Below are positions 12,701-26,185 of a DNA stretch of 64,000 nucleotides, in pieces. The notes below the pieces were generated by a model. That model had not been told where the DNA came from and did not search any database. It was given only the letters and a program-made list of their open reading frames with translations. This stretch comes from Tubiluchus corallicola (lineage: Eukaryota; Animalia; Priapulida). A program made the position numbers and the translations under genes. Where the stretch lies: NCBI GenBank assembly GCA_030141605.1, contig JAQGDQ010000021.1, positions 806,001-870,000 on the forward strand, in the 5' to 3' direction. The stretch's first letter is position 1. Each line of letters starts with the position of its first letter.

Positions 12701-15700
12701 TGTCCAGTATGAATGAAATTTAAACGGCAACCCTGTTGTATTTTTGTTTTCTTAATTAGTAGTTTTTTCTATTGCAGCACGGCCACAACAGTGACACAAG
12801 CAATGTAACAATCAATTTAATTCGAACACGATGTTGTCCCTTGTTGCCACTTTCTGTAATGTGGAGCTAATCAGCTCTGCGGACAAAAACAGCAATAAAC
12901 TTACCAACTTGGCGAATTTTGTTTTTATCAAAGTTTAGGGCTTCGTAATCCCCCATGGACACCTTGTTGACCTGTATTCGCAGACGTTCTGGTACTGATG
13001 GCGGGCTAGATGAAAGAAATATAACTATAGAAAGAGAAGACTTAATTAGCACCAGCTAGATAAAATGCTTTCTAAATTTGCCATCGTTAGAAGTAATTCC
13101 AGATATTAATGTACCAGTAATCATTGTTAAAAGTGGCGAATTTAGGCGATTTAAATAAATAATGTTTTAATAAAATGTTTGATTTATATTTTGTCTGACA
13201 TCTATTCTAAGTAACCCGCAGTTAATAGACAGACATTATTATGCATTAGAATATAAAAAAATGTGTAAATAACATTTCAAATAATTTGTTAATTGAATTA
13301 TAAAAATTGCCATTAAGGATTGTCTCAGTCCTGCTAACTGAAATACTGAAGAAAAAGCGGCAGACATTATACTTACTCATTGATGATAGGATATGAACCT
13401 CTTCTCTAAAAATAAGACAAATGTGAGAAAAATTAGATGTTAAAAACACATATATACATATTACATGGCACATATTACATATTATTCAAATAATGAAACT
13501 TTTTTATGATACAATACTAAATTATAGAGCATAAATACTAAATACTATGATAAATGAGCATACACAGATTAAGTAATAAGAGAAAACATAGAGTAACTCA
13601 CAGAGCTAAAACATAGAACAAACTAAGCAAAATGGTTCAATACACAGCATTGCTACAAGTCGCTGCACTGCGAAACAGTTGTAAGAAAGACACTGTTAGT
13701 ATATTCGCGTAGGAATAATGATAATTTCGAAAGCAATCAGTAAGAGCAGAGCTTAAATAAGGAATAGTTAAACGGTGAAAATGTGAATAAATGCAGGTGG
13801 CAGATAAATTTGTGGTAAAGAAATCTAGTAAAAATCTGATTTAAGCAAACCAGTGCAGTAGGGCAGAAAAACATGCTAGTCATGAGCATCAAAATATGGT
13901 GAAACTAATAAAGTGAATGTCAAAATCTTTTCCCCGTGTGGCGTCGTCTTTCTAGTGCCAATCTAAATTTCAGTCAACTGCTAAGTAAAATCAATGGAAA
14001 TAATGTTTAGTGAAAGGTGTAAAAAATTACTCAAAAAACTTCTTCATACTCAGTTAAGTGCAGTGCAAATTTTTATTTGAATAAAAGTGAAAAATGCAAA
14101 CGGTCTTAAAATGATGGAGCAGACTCGTGTGAGAATGACCCACTTACCTTCGTCTGCGGACTGCCCTTAGATAGCTGTGCACATATAATACAGATATATG
14201 AAACATGATTTTAACATTTAACACATTGAAACAGTTACTTGGCATGTAAACAATCAAACTGACAAAATGTAAAAAGAAAATAGTTTAAAGGCAACAATCG
14301 TGCCAGTGATAACAATTGTATAATTTTTAGCCAGAAAGATCATTAAAGCTGAACAATTGTGTCAATGTATGATAGCAAAAATAAAAGTGGTAAAAATATT
14401 TGGCACAATAGTACATGGTTAAGTTTCTAATTTGACAATATTTTTTGAAAAACAATGTTTGGCAGCACAATCATTTACTGTTACTTTTATCATTAATGCA
14501 ACAATTAACCAAACAAACTTATTTAGATTTTAACATATAAACTTTAGTATCGATAAAGCTTTTTAAAAATATGTTAATATTGGTGAGAGTTTGCTAGTCA
14601 AAACCGCCATAATAATGTTAGCAATAAAAAGGCAACTTTGTTTTGGAGGCACAAGGCAATGCAGTACAGAGACGTGTGTCAATGCAATATTTACCACGTT
14701 GCTGGTGCCCGCTACTACCTTCGGTTTAAGAACCATGTTAGCCTGGTTGCGCATCGTTATGAGCACGATTGATGGTCCAAGTCGACATGGTTCGCCATCC
14801 ACTTGCATTGGGATGATTTTGTTCGTTACTAGTCTTACTTCCTGGCACTGTGCTATCCGCTCGCCATGACCGCCAACTTGCAGAGCCGCCTAAAATCAAT
14901 TTATGTAAAAGTTGATCTTAATGTTTAAATTAGCACATCATAAATGAAAAAGAAAAGTTGTTATGTACGTATCATCAAATGTTACCACTGTACTTATAGG
15001 TACCTACATTAAGTAGTACTTTTTATTGCACTAATACATTAACAGGTGACTTAGTAAGCAATGAGTTATCTTCTCTTGCATATGTTTACCTGTTCGGTTA
15101 CACTTTTCAGCAAAAATTTATCAAGATAGTGTCAAATTTTATTTTCAAGATAAAACAAGAACCATAAACTCAGGTTAACAATAGGGGTGAGCATTTTCAG
15201 AAACCAGATTCAAATCGAATCGATCTTGTGACTTTTGAACTAGAATCAAGCCAAATTTCAGCATTCTTCAATCCGAATCAAATTCAAATAAGGTTTTAAA
15301 TATCTTCGAATCACTAACAAAAAGAGGTTTAACAAAGGCAGTGCATGTTACTTGATTTTGTTCTGCGGTAAAAATGTAAATAATTTACTTAAAAATTGTC
15401 TACAGAAATTGCAGCTAATTGTGCTGACTACATGGTGCTTCATGCAGGTTAATGCATGTAATGTAACACATTAGGTTAGTTTATGTAATGTTAAACGCAT
15501 ATGGTTTAAGCGCTGAATTATTTGAATCTCTAACTAAAAAAAACTTGTTCGAATCGAATTCGAACGTTTGATGCACACCCCAAGTTATCAATGGTATAAC
15601 ATCTAAAACATCAGCTGTTAAAAAAACAAAAACAAACTGAAAAGAATATGTCCAAAACTGAGGGGACAATAGGTTTAATGCAAAATGTCTACAGTTCTAT

Positions 15701-18700
15701 TGTACCAGTGAAGCTGTTGAAAAGCCAATAACTTCCAACGATCCATCGTCATGTCGCTGAGTTTCAAAGGACCCTGAAGTACTGGGATTACCCCATGGTT
15801 GTGTGCCTCCTGCGTACCTGCATTTAAGAAATTCACATGTGAAAGCAACCTGAGCCTTCTGTAATTTAAATGTTGTCATGTTTTATTGCTGTAAATCTGT
15901 AACACCCAAATTTAGAGCAAACAGCAAAAAAAATTGGATAAATGTAGCAAAAACGTAATAACACATGTGCCCCGGGTTATTGTTTTTTATACTCTATGAG
16001 AATTTTTCATGAAATTCTAAATGAGTAAGTAATTAAGACTAATTTATTTTCATATTTAACTAGCAATTTAATTAATAACAATAATCCATGTGTAACACAT
16101 CAGAAATGACAGATAGATTTCAAATGATATTTTTCAGTGAAAGTAGTATACGTTAATTAAGTGTTACAAAAATAGAATTACTGTGTTGTCATACTACAGA
16201 AAGCAGGGTAAAAGAAATGCCTTGAAGAAGGTAACGTCAACGTAATTAAATTTTTATTTTTTTCGAAATTTTCAACTAGTTGAGAATGTATGGAGTTTAA
16301 GGGGCTGTACAGATGAGAGTGTAAGCTGAGAGCCGACCAAGAATGTTGTGTGATTCTATCCAACAGACTGTTGTACAATTTCTGCGGATTGGTAAATACT
16401 CACCTCGGAATATTCAGAAAGAGCAGGCAGTGAACTTTCAAGTCCTGTATCTTCGAAGTCAAGTTGACACCGTCGCATTCCAGTGTGATATGTTCAGCAA
16501 GGTATTTCCAGCTTCTCTTCAACAAGTCTTTACCACCAGCCTGGATGAACAATAGAATTATAATTATAAAGCCTTTTTTGAAACTTATAAACATGAAACA
16601 TGAAAATATTTGGAAAATTAGGCTGATTCAAACATATTTTCACCTGTAATGAAGCTAATCAAGATATTATAATGCAAGAGAAAAGTGAAAACTGGAGTAA
16701 AGCTTTGAACAATTACACCAACGTAAACACGATGATGAGTCAGTTAAGGAAAATTTCATCAGAAATTATCCAACTACTGCTTTTAATATCTAAAGTTTGC
16801 CTAAACACTGTTTACTCATTGCTAATTCATTTTACCTAATCAACTACTACTGAGGACAAATAATGCTATCCATATGTTAATATTGTATATTTAAAATGTC
16901 GCTCAATGCCATTAAACAATGGGCCACACTGGACAGCATCATGTTTGCTTAGTATGTACTTAATGGTCTTAAAGGTATAAAACAAATTGTGAAGACTGAG
17001 AGATGCAAATGAGGAAATTCAAGATGCTTCTTACTTAGTAGGAGTTCTTTTCAGGGATTAATCTACACACAAATATAAATTGCCAAAATATGATTAGTGT
17101 GGAGGTGCTTGTACAATTGCAAACTGATAATCACTTATACCATAAACTGGCAAACACTTACACCATAAATTGGTAAGTTCTTTCACAAGAAACTGGCAAG
17201 CTAGTACTTACACCGTAAACTGATGAGTGGTTACACCATAAACTGTTAAGTACTTAAACCATAAACTGACAAATACTTACATCACAAATTGGTAATTACT
17301 CACACTGTAAACTGGCAAGTACTTACGCCGGCATAAAACATGCGATTGCGAAAGCGGCTATTAAATTTCTCTGGACGGGCTTCTCTTGACGCATGAAACT
17401 CCAATGCAACATGCGCATCAGCACCTAGACTGAAGTAGTTGTTAAATACGTCCAACGGCAGTTTTTCACTGGCTTCATCAACTGTAGGATCTGGTGTGGC
17501 ATTGGCGTTAGGGTTCTTTTCTACTTTCACGTTCCATCTGTCTAACTGCACCACTGTGCCTTCTTCAACGCTGGCTAGGATTTTAGATATAGGCTCGTCT
17601 GTGTAACCCTAAAACAACAACACCTCTTATTATACAAAAAGTTTCAGAAGTACAAAATCAAAGAATATTTGTTTTTGCAACTAAATTGTAAAATTGAAAG
17701 AATTCTTTGAAAACAATATGTAAGAGACAATCAGCACAATCAAATACCAAAGAAAAAAATGGCTATACAGTTTCAAGCCTTTAGTTGAAACACAATTTCA
17801 TAATCTCCATTTTCGGTTCATCCTGCACATTTTTGCAATAAGATAAAATATATCAAACTGAAAAGTGTTATTCTTTTAAAAGCTTTACAAAATACATACA
17901 CTTCCCCAGTTTAGAGTCCGCGACAAGTCGTTGCCTGTTCCTAGAGGAAGTACTGCAACTGGCGGCATTGGGTTAAACCCTAAAGCATCTAATGAAGATA
18001 ATATCCAGCCTACAGTGCCGTCTCCTCCGCAAGCAAGTATCCGAAGATTCTGAACTTTCCTGTATAACTCTAACCTAAATTAGTACAAAAAAAGTCAGTA
18101 ACATCTAGAAACATGTTATATAGTATTTCTAAATGAATTTCATAAACTATTTCATATGTGATGGGCAAGTATGACATGCAAGTTTATAATTTAGTAGTTG
18201 TCTTGTTTGCTTATTACAATGTTGATTTTTTGTATTATTTTTTACACTGTATTTTCATTTAGGTAGATTGTTGCATGAACATGACCTTAATTGTGTCGAA
18301 ATGTTGCAGATGTTGTGCCTGAGTAGAAACAATGTCTTTACTTAAATGCGCGCTGACTATCATGTTTATTTCATGTCTAACAGATTAGGAATCACAGAAG
18401 AATACATTAGAAAAAAGGTAAACACAAATAAACATAGTTTCAAACAATCATTGTGTTGTTGAGTTTGTTGTGTATTGTAGTTTATCGTCGGATTGTAAAG
18501 TTTAAAGTTGATCATACAGTTAATAAGAGATGATAATTACAGATTTAGTATCTTTCCAATACTTATTAACATAGCTTCTGTTTTCAAAATTTCTGTGCAG
18601 TACGTGTTAAGTTAAGCACGAGGTAGGCCTGTGGCTTCTGAAGGATGCTGGGAGAATTCGTTTTTTCACAAACAATTTTTTTCAGTTTATTGTTGTGTCA

Positions 18701-21700
18701 GTTTATCCCTACAATTGATTTATTGCAAGTGCAACACACTGCTAAATTTTACAAGTCTAAAATCACAAGGATGTTGCTACGTTGCATTTTTCATCAGGGT
18801 TTTGGGAATAGGGGGCTGCGGCTCATTCATATAATCTGATTCATTTTATTTATGAGTGTTTTGATATTTTTAAGTGATCACGTTTTAAAAAACCTAACTT
18901 GCAGTTTTTGAAAATGATTGTAACTGTTGTGATTGGACTGTTGCCAGTCAACAAATTTACCACTATTACTACTGGCTAATTATAACTATCATACTGCAAA
19001 GCACTTCTAAATGCAGCTATTTTTGGGTACAAGAAAGATAACTAGGGCTCTTACGCAGGCTGTGGCCCGCCCTGACTGAGATCAAAGACTTGTCGTGGGT
19101 TGAGCAACCACTGCATTTTCTGCATAATTTTTCCTCCCTGATTTCCCCCACTTTTCGGATTGATAAAAACCTGTTAAAATACAACGTACATTTAATAAAT
19201 ACTATTATTTAGTACGTAATAAGATAGCAAGGTAATAAACTTAAAAAAATAAGCAAAGTTAACAACTAGGATTTTTCAACATAATCGCACATGACATTAT
19301 AATGTCAGGACCACACAGAAAGTCAGTAAGAACTGGTCATCATAATTCTGGAGCCATCGAGGAGACAACACTTGGATCATCTTTCCCTCAAGAATAGCAT
19401 ACATTTTCACGTGTTACACAAAAAATGACAGCTCTTATACAGAGTAGTCTCACGGCATTATAGAACTGAACTTATCATCAATCTTACACAAAAGTTGCAA
19501 AAGTCAACTGTTTCACCAGACGCAAGCAAACGAGTGACTGTTTTTATGGGTGAGAATAACCTATTCTTAAAGGAAAACCAGACGATTGTGTAAATATTAG
19601 TTCCAAATAAAGAATGCTCTAAAATATTGAAAGCTATAATAGGTCTTTTTAAATCAAAGCTTAGATTAAATAAAAATTACCTCGGATACTCAAATTCTGT
19701 TAAACTTTCAAAGCTACGCGCGGTTCAGCGAATCTGCTAAGACTGGCAACAGTGCCTTTTTGGCACACGCACGTGGCCAACAAATAGAAAGCGGTACCGT
19801 GATAATCTATGATCATGAACTGCAGTGTTAGTTTCTGACGCCATATGACATAGAGCCCATTTTTGTGACATCACGTGTTTAAGCAGCACTGTAACACTTA
19901 CGCAAACATGCTTGACACGCAAGGGAAGATGCCTGCCATTGCACAAACTGTGGTTAGTTTCTGATGTAAGCAATAGCTGTGTTTGGTTGCCATTAATTAA
20001 CTTTCTAAGCTAATTATTCTAAAACAAGAAACAATTGCTAACTTTTGTAGGCAAGAAAATGTATATTTTGGACAGTAAATTAAAATGAGATTGAGTCTAA
20101 ACAATCATTCGGTTTTCCTTTAATGTTAAAGTGCCTGTAACCGTTTTAGTATTTAACACTAAGACCAGAAACGTTTTCTATCTAGAAGGACCGGCATTAG
20201 TCAAGTGTAGTTTTCATTCCTATAGAAAAACATAATTCGTAGTTGCCAGTTAGATTTTAGTGAAATTCAATGATTCAATAGGAAATTAAGTGAACTCATA
20301 TCAACAAAATTGAAGCCATTTGTACAGTACAAGCATAATGACCCATCTAAAGGCAGATTTCGCAGTGCTCTGAGAACCTGTATTGAGTCAAACCGTCTGG
20401 TGGCCTGATCGAGAGTTGACAGTCAAGAAAGTTCAGACCACAATTTTTAGCTCGTAAAATAAAACGTCGAAATGAGTTCACTGATTTACAGTCACATTTA
20501 CTCTTGTAATGTCAATACATTGTGACGATTTGCAATGCACAATATGTATTGGCGCCAATTGAAGTAGAAGGTCATTCTAGTGTCAATAAAGCAATGAAAC
20601 ACCACAGTTAGTGCAAAGACTTACTAATAGTGGCTTCATATATGGATTTACTGGAATGGGTTTGATCACAAAGGGTCTGTGGTCCTCGGAGGGTCTTTTT
20701 CCTTTTCGTTTTGTTGAAGTCCCCCGTTTCTTTTTTCTTACAGAAGATGATGACCTGAAAGACCCCTGGTTAAGAAAGAAACAAAAAATTATTAATAAAA
20801 TGCACACTATAGTTTTATTTAAATGTGTGAAATTCATACTGATGATCTCAATATGATAATTTACAGACAACATGCGTAATTTTGCAGTTTAGCAGTTTTG
20901 GTTTTGCTTAAATAGTAACTTTACTGCTATCTGATTATTCATTAGCAGAGTGTCTCGACTACATTAGCCCTACTTAGATTTAACGAACAGTATCCCAGAA
21001 ATTCCAGTAAACTGCCCAAGCACAGGCAGAAATCGTCTGTACACCTGTAAATTAAGCTTGCCATGTTTACTACATCTCCTTGTAAATGAAAACTTATATC
21101 TTTTTCAAATTAACGTTCACAGTTAGCGGTACTCCGCTTAAACAAAATTGTAATGTTTACAGCATTGTTTAAATTAATCTGGTTGAAGCATCTAAACACC
21201 AAGCGACAAAAAGGTGTCACTCGCATGTTACTACGAAGAGGCGGCCATGTTAATGAAATTCTCACTGGAGCATGGTAGGTTTGGACCGCTCAGTTTACTC
21301 GTGCACTCTGCGAATAGTTTTGGAGAAAAGAAAAAAATACGAAAGAAAACAAGCAAAATACAGTTACATTTGACTACGATGTATGGGCTTTAATATTTCT
21401 ATATTTTTACATAAAATTTGACAAAGAGATCGATTTTTGTTTGCTAAAACCTTTGTTGTATTCACTTCTTATGATGCCGTAGGATACAATTACTCATCAG
21501 CCACGCAGTATGTGTACTGACTGACACCACAACAGCCGAAAAATGCAAACAGTGTCGTTTGGATGTTCTTATGAAAATGACTTGAAGGATGAATTTAATG
21601 TGACACAGATTATTAAAGCCGAAAAGTCTAAGGTGTATAAGAAAAAATTGCTATGTAACGTCAAATCATTATATAAAATTAATGTTCTATAGGATTTTCT

Positions 21701-24700
21701 CCACATTGAAACAGATTTTTTCAGCTGCCTATTCCCCTTTTCCAGAAGTGTGTCATCTTTTTTTGTGGCCTATACGTTTAGGTAGGATGTTTAAAAAAAG
21801 CCTCACCTTTCTTGGAAGTTTGATTATCCAATATGGCGGTACGATTATGCTGGCATGGATTCCTAGCAGACATGTCTCCTCTATTTGTTGCATACGAAAA
21901 CATGTGCTCTTGTTGTGATACGCCGCTTTGCACCACGAACAGGATATTGCGATAATTTCTTTAATACTATGAAAGCCAAATTTCTGCTGGAATGACTGCA
22001 AAAATGACAAAAAACATGAAAAATTAGAAACATAAAAAAATTTCAACAGAGGGAGAATTGTTAAACTGTGTACAAATTGTTATTTTAAACTGTCTTAATT
22101 TGTATAAGATTCATTGGAATCTTGTACAATATAGGAATCATCTTCATGCATCATGGGTTTCCTTTAACTTTTTAACATAATGTGCATTCAAAAGCATCCT
22201 AAAAGGAAATCCCCCAAAACAATCATCAAAATTTATTAAACATTCATGCACCCCTCTCCGAGTCAATAATTCAGAGGATGTATAAAAACAATCAGCATGC
22301 TGGCAATCTGAATAGCTAGCTAATGATCCCAAATCAATAATTTTAAAAAGCAAAATTTACCTACTCTATCTGAAATCCATTAAGCTTCTGGCATTACAAT
22401 TGAAAATTATTATTCAGGCATCAGAGTTCTGATTACTCGCACAATTCCGTATTTGTTTTTCAAGTGTCTGTGTGAAACTTTGAATTTACTTTTGGTTCCC
22501 AGTATTTGAACTTGTAGATTAATAAATATTGATCAAACAGAAAATTTCAACCATTATGTAACAATGTATAACATATTCATTTCTTACACTAACTGACTTC
22601 TGCAAACTTTAGGTATAAAAAACTTGCAACACATAGTTTTGCAGTAGAAGATACCTACTTTTCCACATTCTTTACATTTTCCTTCTTGGCGTCGCCGATG
22701 CACCCAGTGATGCCGCACCTGCGGCTGCTGATGCTGAAATAGGTAAATTGTATCTATGATTATCACACCTTTGTAATAAATATTATTAGGAATTAAGTGA
22801 CTGTATCAAATGCTGTAAATGGTTCTATCATATTGTAAAACTATAATAAAATCACACAGTTATCAACATCAATGCAGCTTTATACTATAGAAAACTCTAT
22901 ACTAAATACATAGTGTAGAAAGGTGAGTATAGTCTCATACAACATTTGCACAAAGTTAAATGTTATAAAAGAAATTTTAAATGTTAAAAAATGTCTTACA
23001 TCACGATGATGTCGAGAGCCGGCTTCCCTGAATGTTTGCTTGCATCTAAAATTTATCTGAAATCAATCACAGCATCCAACTCATTGCCTGATAGTCACGT
23101 GATACAGTGATTAATTACGCATTTTAATTTGCCAAATTCTGTGTGCACAAAGGAAATTTAGAGGAGAATTAACATGGTAATTTAACGTGGTAATTTATAC
23201 TAAGCCTTTCACAGCTTGCCGAGACACGTAGAATCCGCTTGTGGGGATATATTTACAAAACAGCCTACACACATCAGCCGTGTGCGCATGAAATCATTTC
23301 TTCAAAAGACTTCTTTCGCACACTGAAAAATTCTCGTCTACATTTCTTGAAAATACGGCTCATACAATACGAGGTCTGCAGAGAAATACGACTCAGCCAT
23401 TGTCAAGATATTAAGGTAAGCTTGATCAGACGGGAAAACAGATTAGTTTTGCAAAGCTTGTCACAAAATGTTTCTTTTTGAGCTGAATGTAGAAACTGAA
23501 AGTTTTTCAAGCTAATATAAGCCCTCATTTTAACTGTTCACTTTTTTATATTGTTGGTTGAATTTATTACATAATAAACAAAATGGTATATTTCTGTGTA
23601 ACAATTTATTAAAATTGTGCTGAATACATTTTGCATACTGCATTTCTACACTACGAGAATTACTCTCATCATACTGAAAAAGCACAGTACACATGATATC
23701 CAAAGCCAGCACATAATGCAATACCTGGCTGTGTTTCAAAGATTATTCTTGATATGCGACGTGAACCAGCAAGAACATCTTTATCACATTATAAACACAT
23801 AATGATAGAAACAGCCATTTTCCTGGTGGCCAATCATCCATTTTCTAAGTAAGTCCGAAGTTGTTTAATTTTGTAACCCAGGCACTTACTGCTGAAAGAT
23901 TTCCTTTATAAAATTTCCTTTGCAAAAGTTTAGTTAAAGCATTTCAAAATAAATAGTTTCAAATTACAATAGGACAGTTGCCAAAAAATTAAATATACCT
24001 TATCTAACTGAGTTACGCATCCCACATGAACAACTATTTTGCATGCCGCACATTTTTTTCTAGCACCCGTTTTCTGAAAAAAATAAAAAACAAAATCATT
24101 ATAACAATGCACGTTTTGGAGATAATGAACACGGCTTTGACAATGATAACGAATTTTCTGTTATATTTTTGATACCAATTTCGTCTGTGTGAACTGTTTT
24201 GCGAGTTACTGTCAGCAAGTTATTGCACTCTATGACAGTTGCTACGAATTGTTCCTGGGAGTTACTGTCAGCTCGCGCTTACTGTTGGAGATGTAACTTG
24301 TAGCAAGTTTTGCTCTCTGGCCTGACCTGAACACACTTGTGAGTTACATGGCTAGAAAACTTGCTAGTCTGAACGCGCGGTAAAAGCCATATTGCTTCTA
24401 CACTATTAGAAATTATTTAATTGTCAGTAATGTTTTACAGCATTTCTTATTAACTGATTACAAATATGACATAATAGCATTTTCAATGATAGTTTGAGAC
24501 TGTACAAGGCACAGTGTCACAGAATCGCTACTTTAATGTTGTTGTAGTCATCACCGTTGAGATCAACCAAAGCTGCATTAACTTCAAGTGCTGTTAATTT
24601 AATTCAACCCGTGATGAACCTTGAGAGAAAGCAAATACTATCAGCAAGCACGTTTTTATGGAACGGTAAAGTGAAATTTAATGTTTATTTGTAATACTAA

Positions 24701-26115
24701 TAAATCAGCTTTGAATGTTCATATTAAAAAGTAATTACGAATAGTCAAAATTGATTTATTAATTTTGAAAAAATCGCGCTGAATTTTTAATATTAATAAA
24801 TCGATTATGAATACTCATAAATAATTTATGAATATTAGAAATGCTTTATGAATATTAAAAAATGATTTATTAATATTGAAAAATAGGCATTAAATTCAAC
24901 TTTGGCTTTGAATATATTTTGGGGTGTCACGTCAAAGTAAATTTAAAGAGTCATAGAATTTTACTGCAGAAAAAAATTATAATAGTACGAAACAAAGTCA
25001 ATTTTGATATTCCTAGCCATTTTGGTTTTCCATATGTAATATATCATTTTAAATGTCACTGATGATTGTGACAACTACTATGCAGGTCAGACTACAAGAT
25101 AACTAGCTAATTCTGGAATCCTTTTAGATATTTTAGAAGCAAAAAAGAAGTGAGCCTGATAAAAACTGCCGAAATAAACACACAGACTTGCATTTTACTA
25201 ATAAAAAGTTATTTAAAGTTTAATTTCGAATATATAATTACAAAAGTAAAATAGTAAAATAAATGCGTTTCAAGCATACATGCTAGTTTGCTATGTAGAA
25301 AATTCGTTCTTTTATTAATTTTGTAAATGCAACAATCTGCATGAATATTGTAAATGTCGATCAATGTTACTGTATAAACTCTTGAAAAAAAAACGGTTTT
25401 CCTTTTAAAATGCAGTCAAATTAATTAACATAAAAATGGGTAACACACTGTATTCCTTCGGACAGTGCGAAAATACAGATGTTCATTAGTAAAGTTAAGA
25501 CAAATGGTTTTGGCATTTTAGTTATAAAAGCTAAACCTGCAAGCTCAACAGCAAAGATGGTGCACTCATGGCACTTTGATACTTGTCATTTTTAACAAAT
25601 AAGCTTCTGTATGTTATTCATTCTGCACTAGACATTTAAACGTCAACGCCATTCTCCATGCAGCTTTTTGCATTTCTGACAAAATATCAGAAATTTCATT
25701 TTCTAATTTTTTAGGGAGCAAATTAATTTTTGAAAAATAAAGAAGAGATACACACCACACAATCTGCTTCACCTACATAGCAGAAATCACCAGATGCGTT
25801 GGATTCTACCCATATGTGGTCCCCATTAATAGCTAACTCTGTCCAGTCAACAGTATCCCGGAATTCTCGGTCCTCAGTTTCGGACCCGGACGTCACGTTT
25901 GCGGCGGAGGAAGGATGTAAGTAGATGTTGTTGTTGTATGTGCTCTTCTGAATAGCTTTCCTGAAAGCCAAGTAAGTACAGCTGTATTGTCAGACAGTAT
26001 TTTAACAGATACTACTACCACAGGATACATCTCGAAAAATGTCTGAATGCAGAAAATCATCACCATCACCATCACTGTCACCGCCGCCGCCACCGCCGCC
26101 ACCACCGCCACCACC

Positions 26116-26149
<34 letters not shown>

Positions 26150-26154
26150 TCATC

Positions 26155-26185
<31 letters not shown>

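Noticed and set aside
17220-17245. ctgatga-gtgg-ttaca-ccat-aaac, resembling a hammerhead core
   Set aside because: Lacks GAAA and is simply one unit of the 23-bp minisatellite.
18274-18306. Penelope-type hammerhead-like string (atgaacatgacc...gtcgaaatgttg)
   Set aside because: The CUGANGA core is mutated and stem III and the cleavage triplet are absent; at most a dead remnant.
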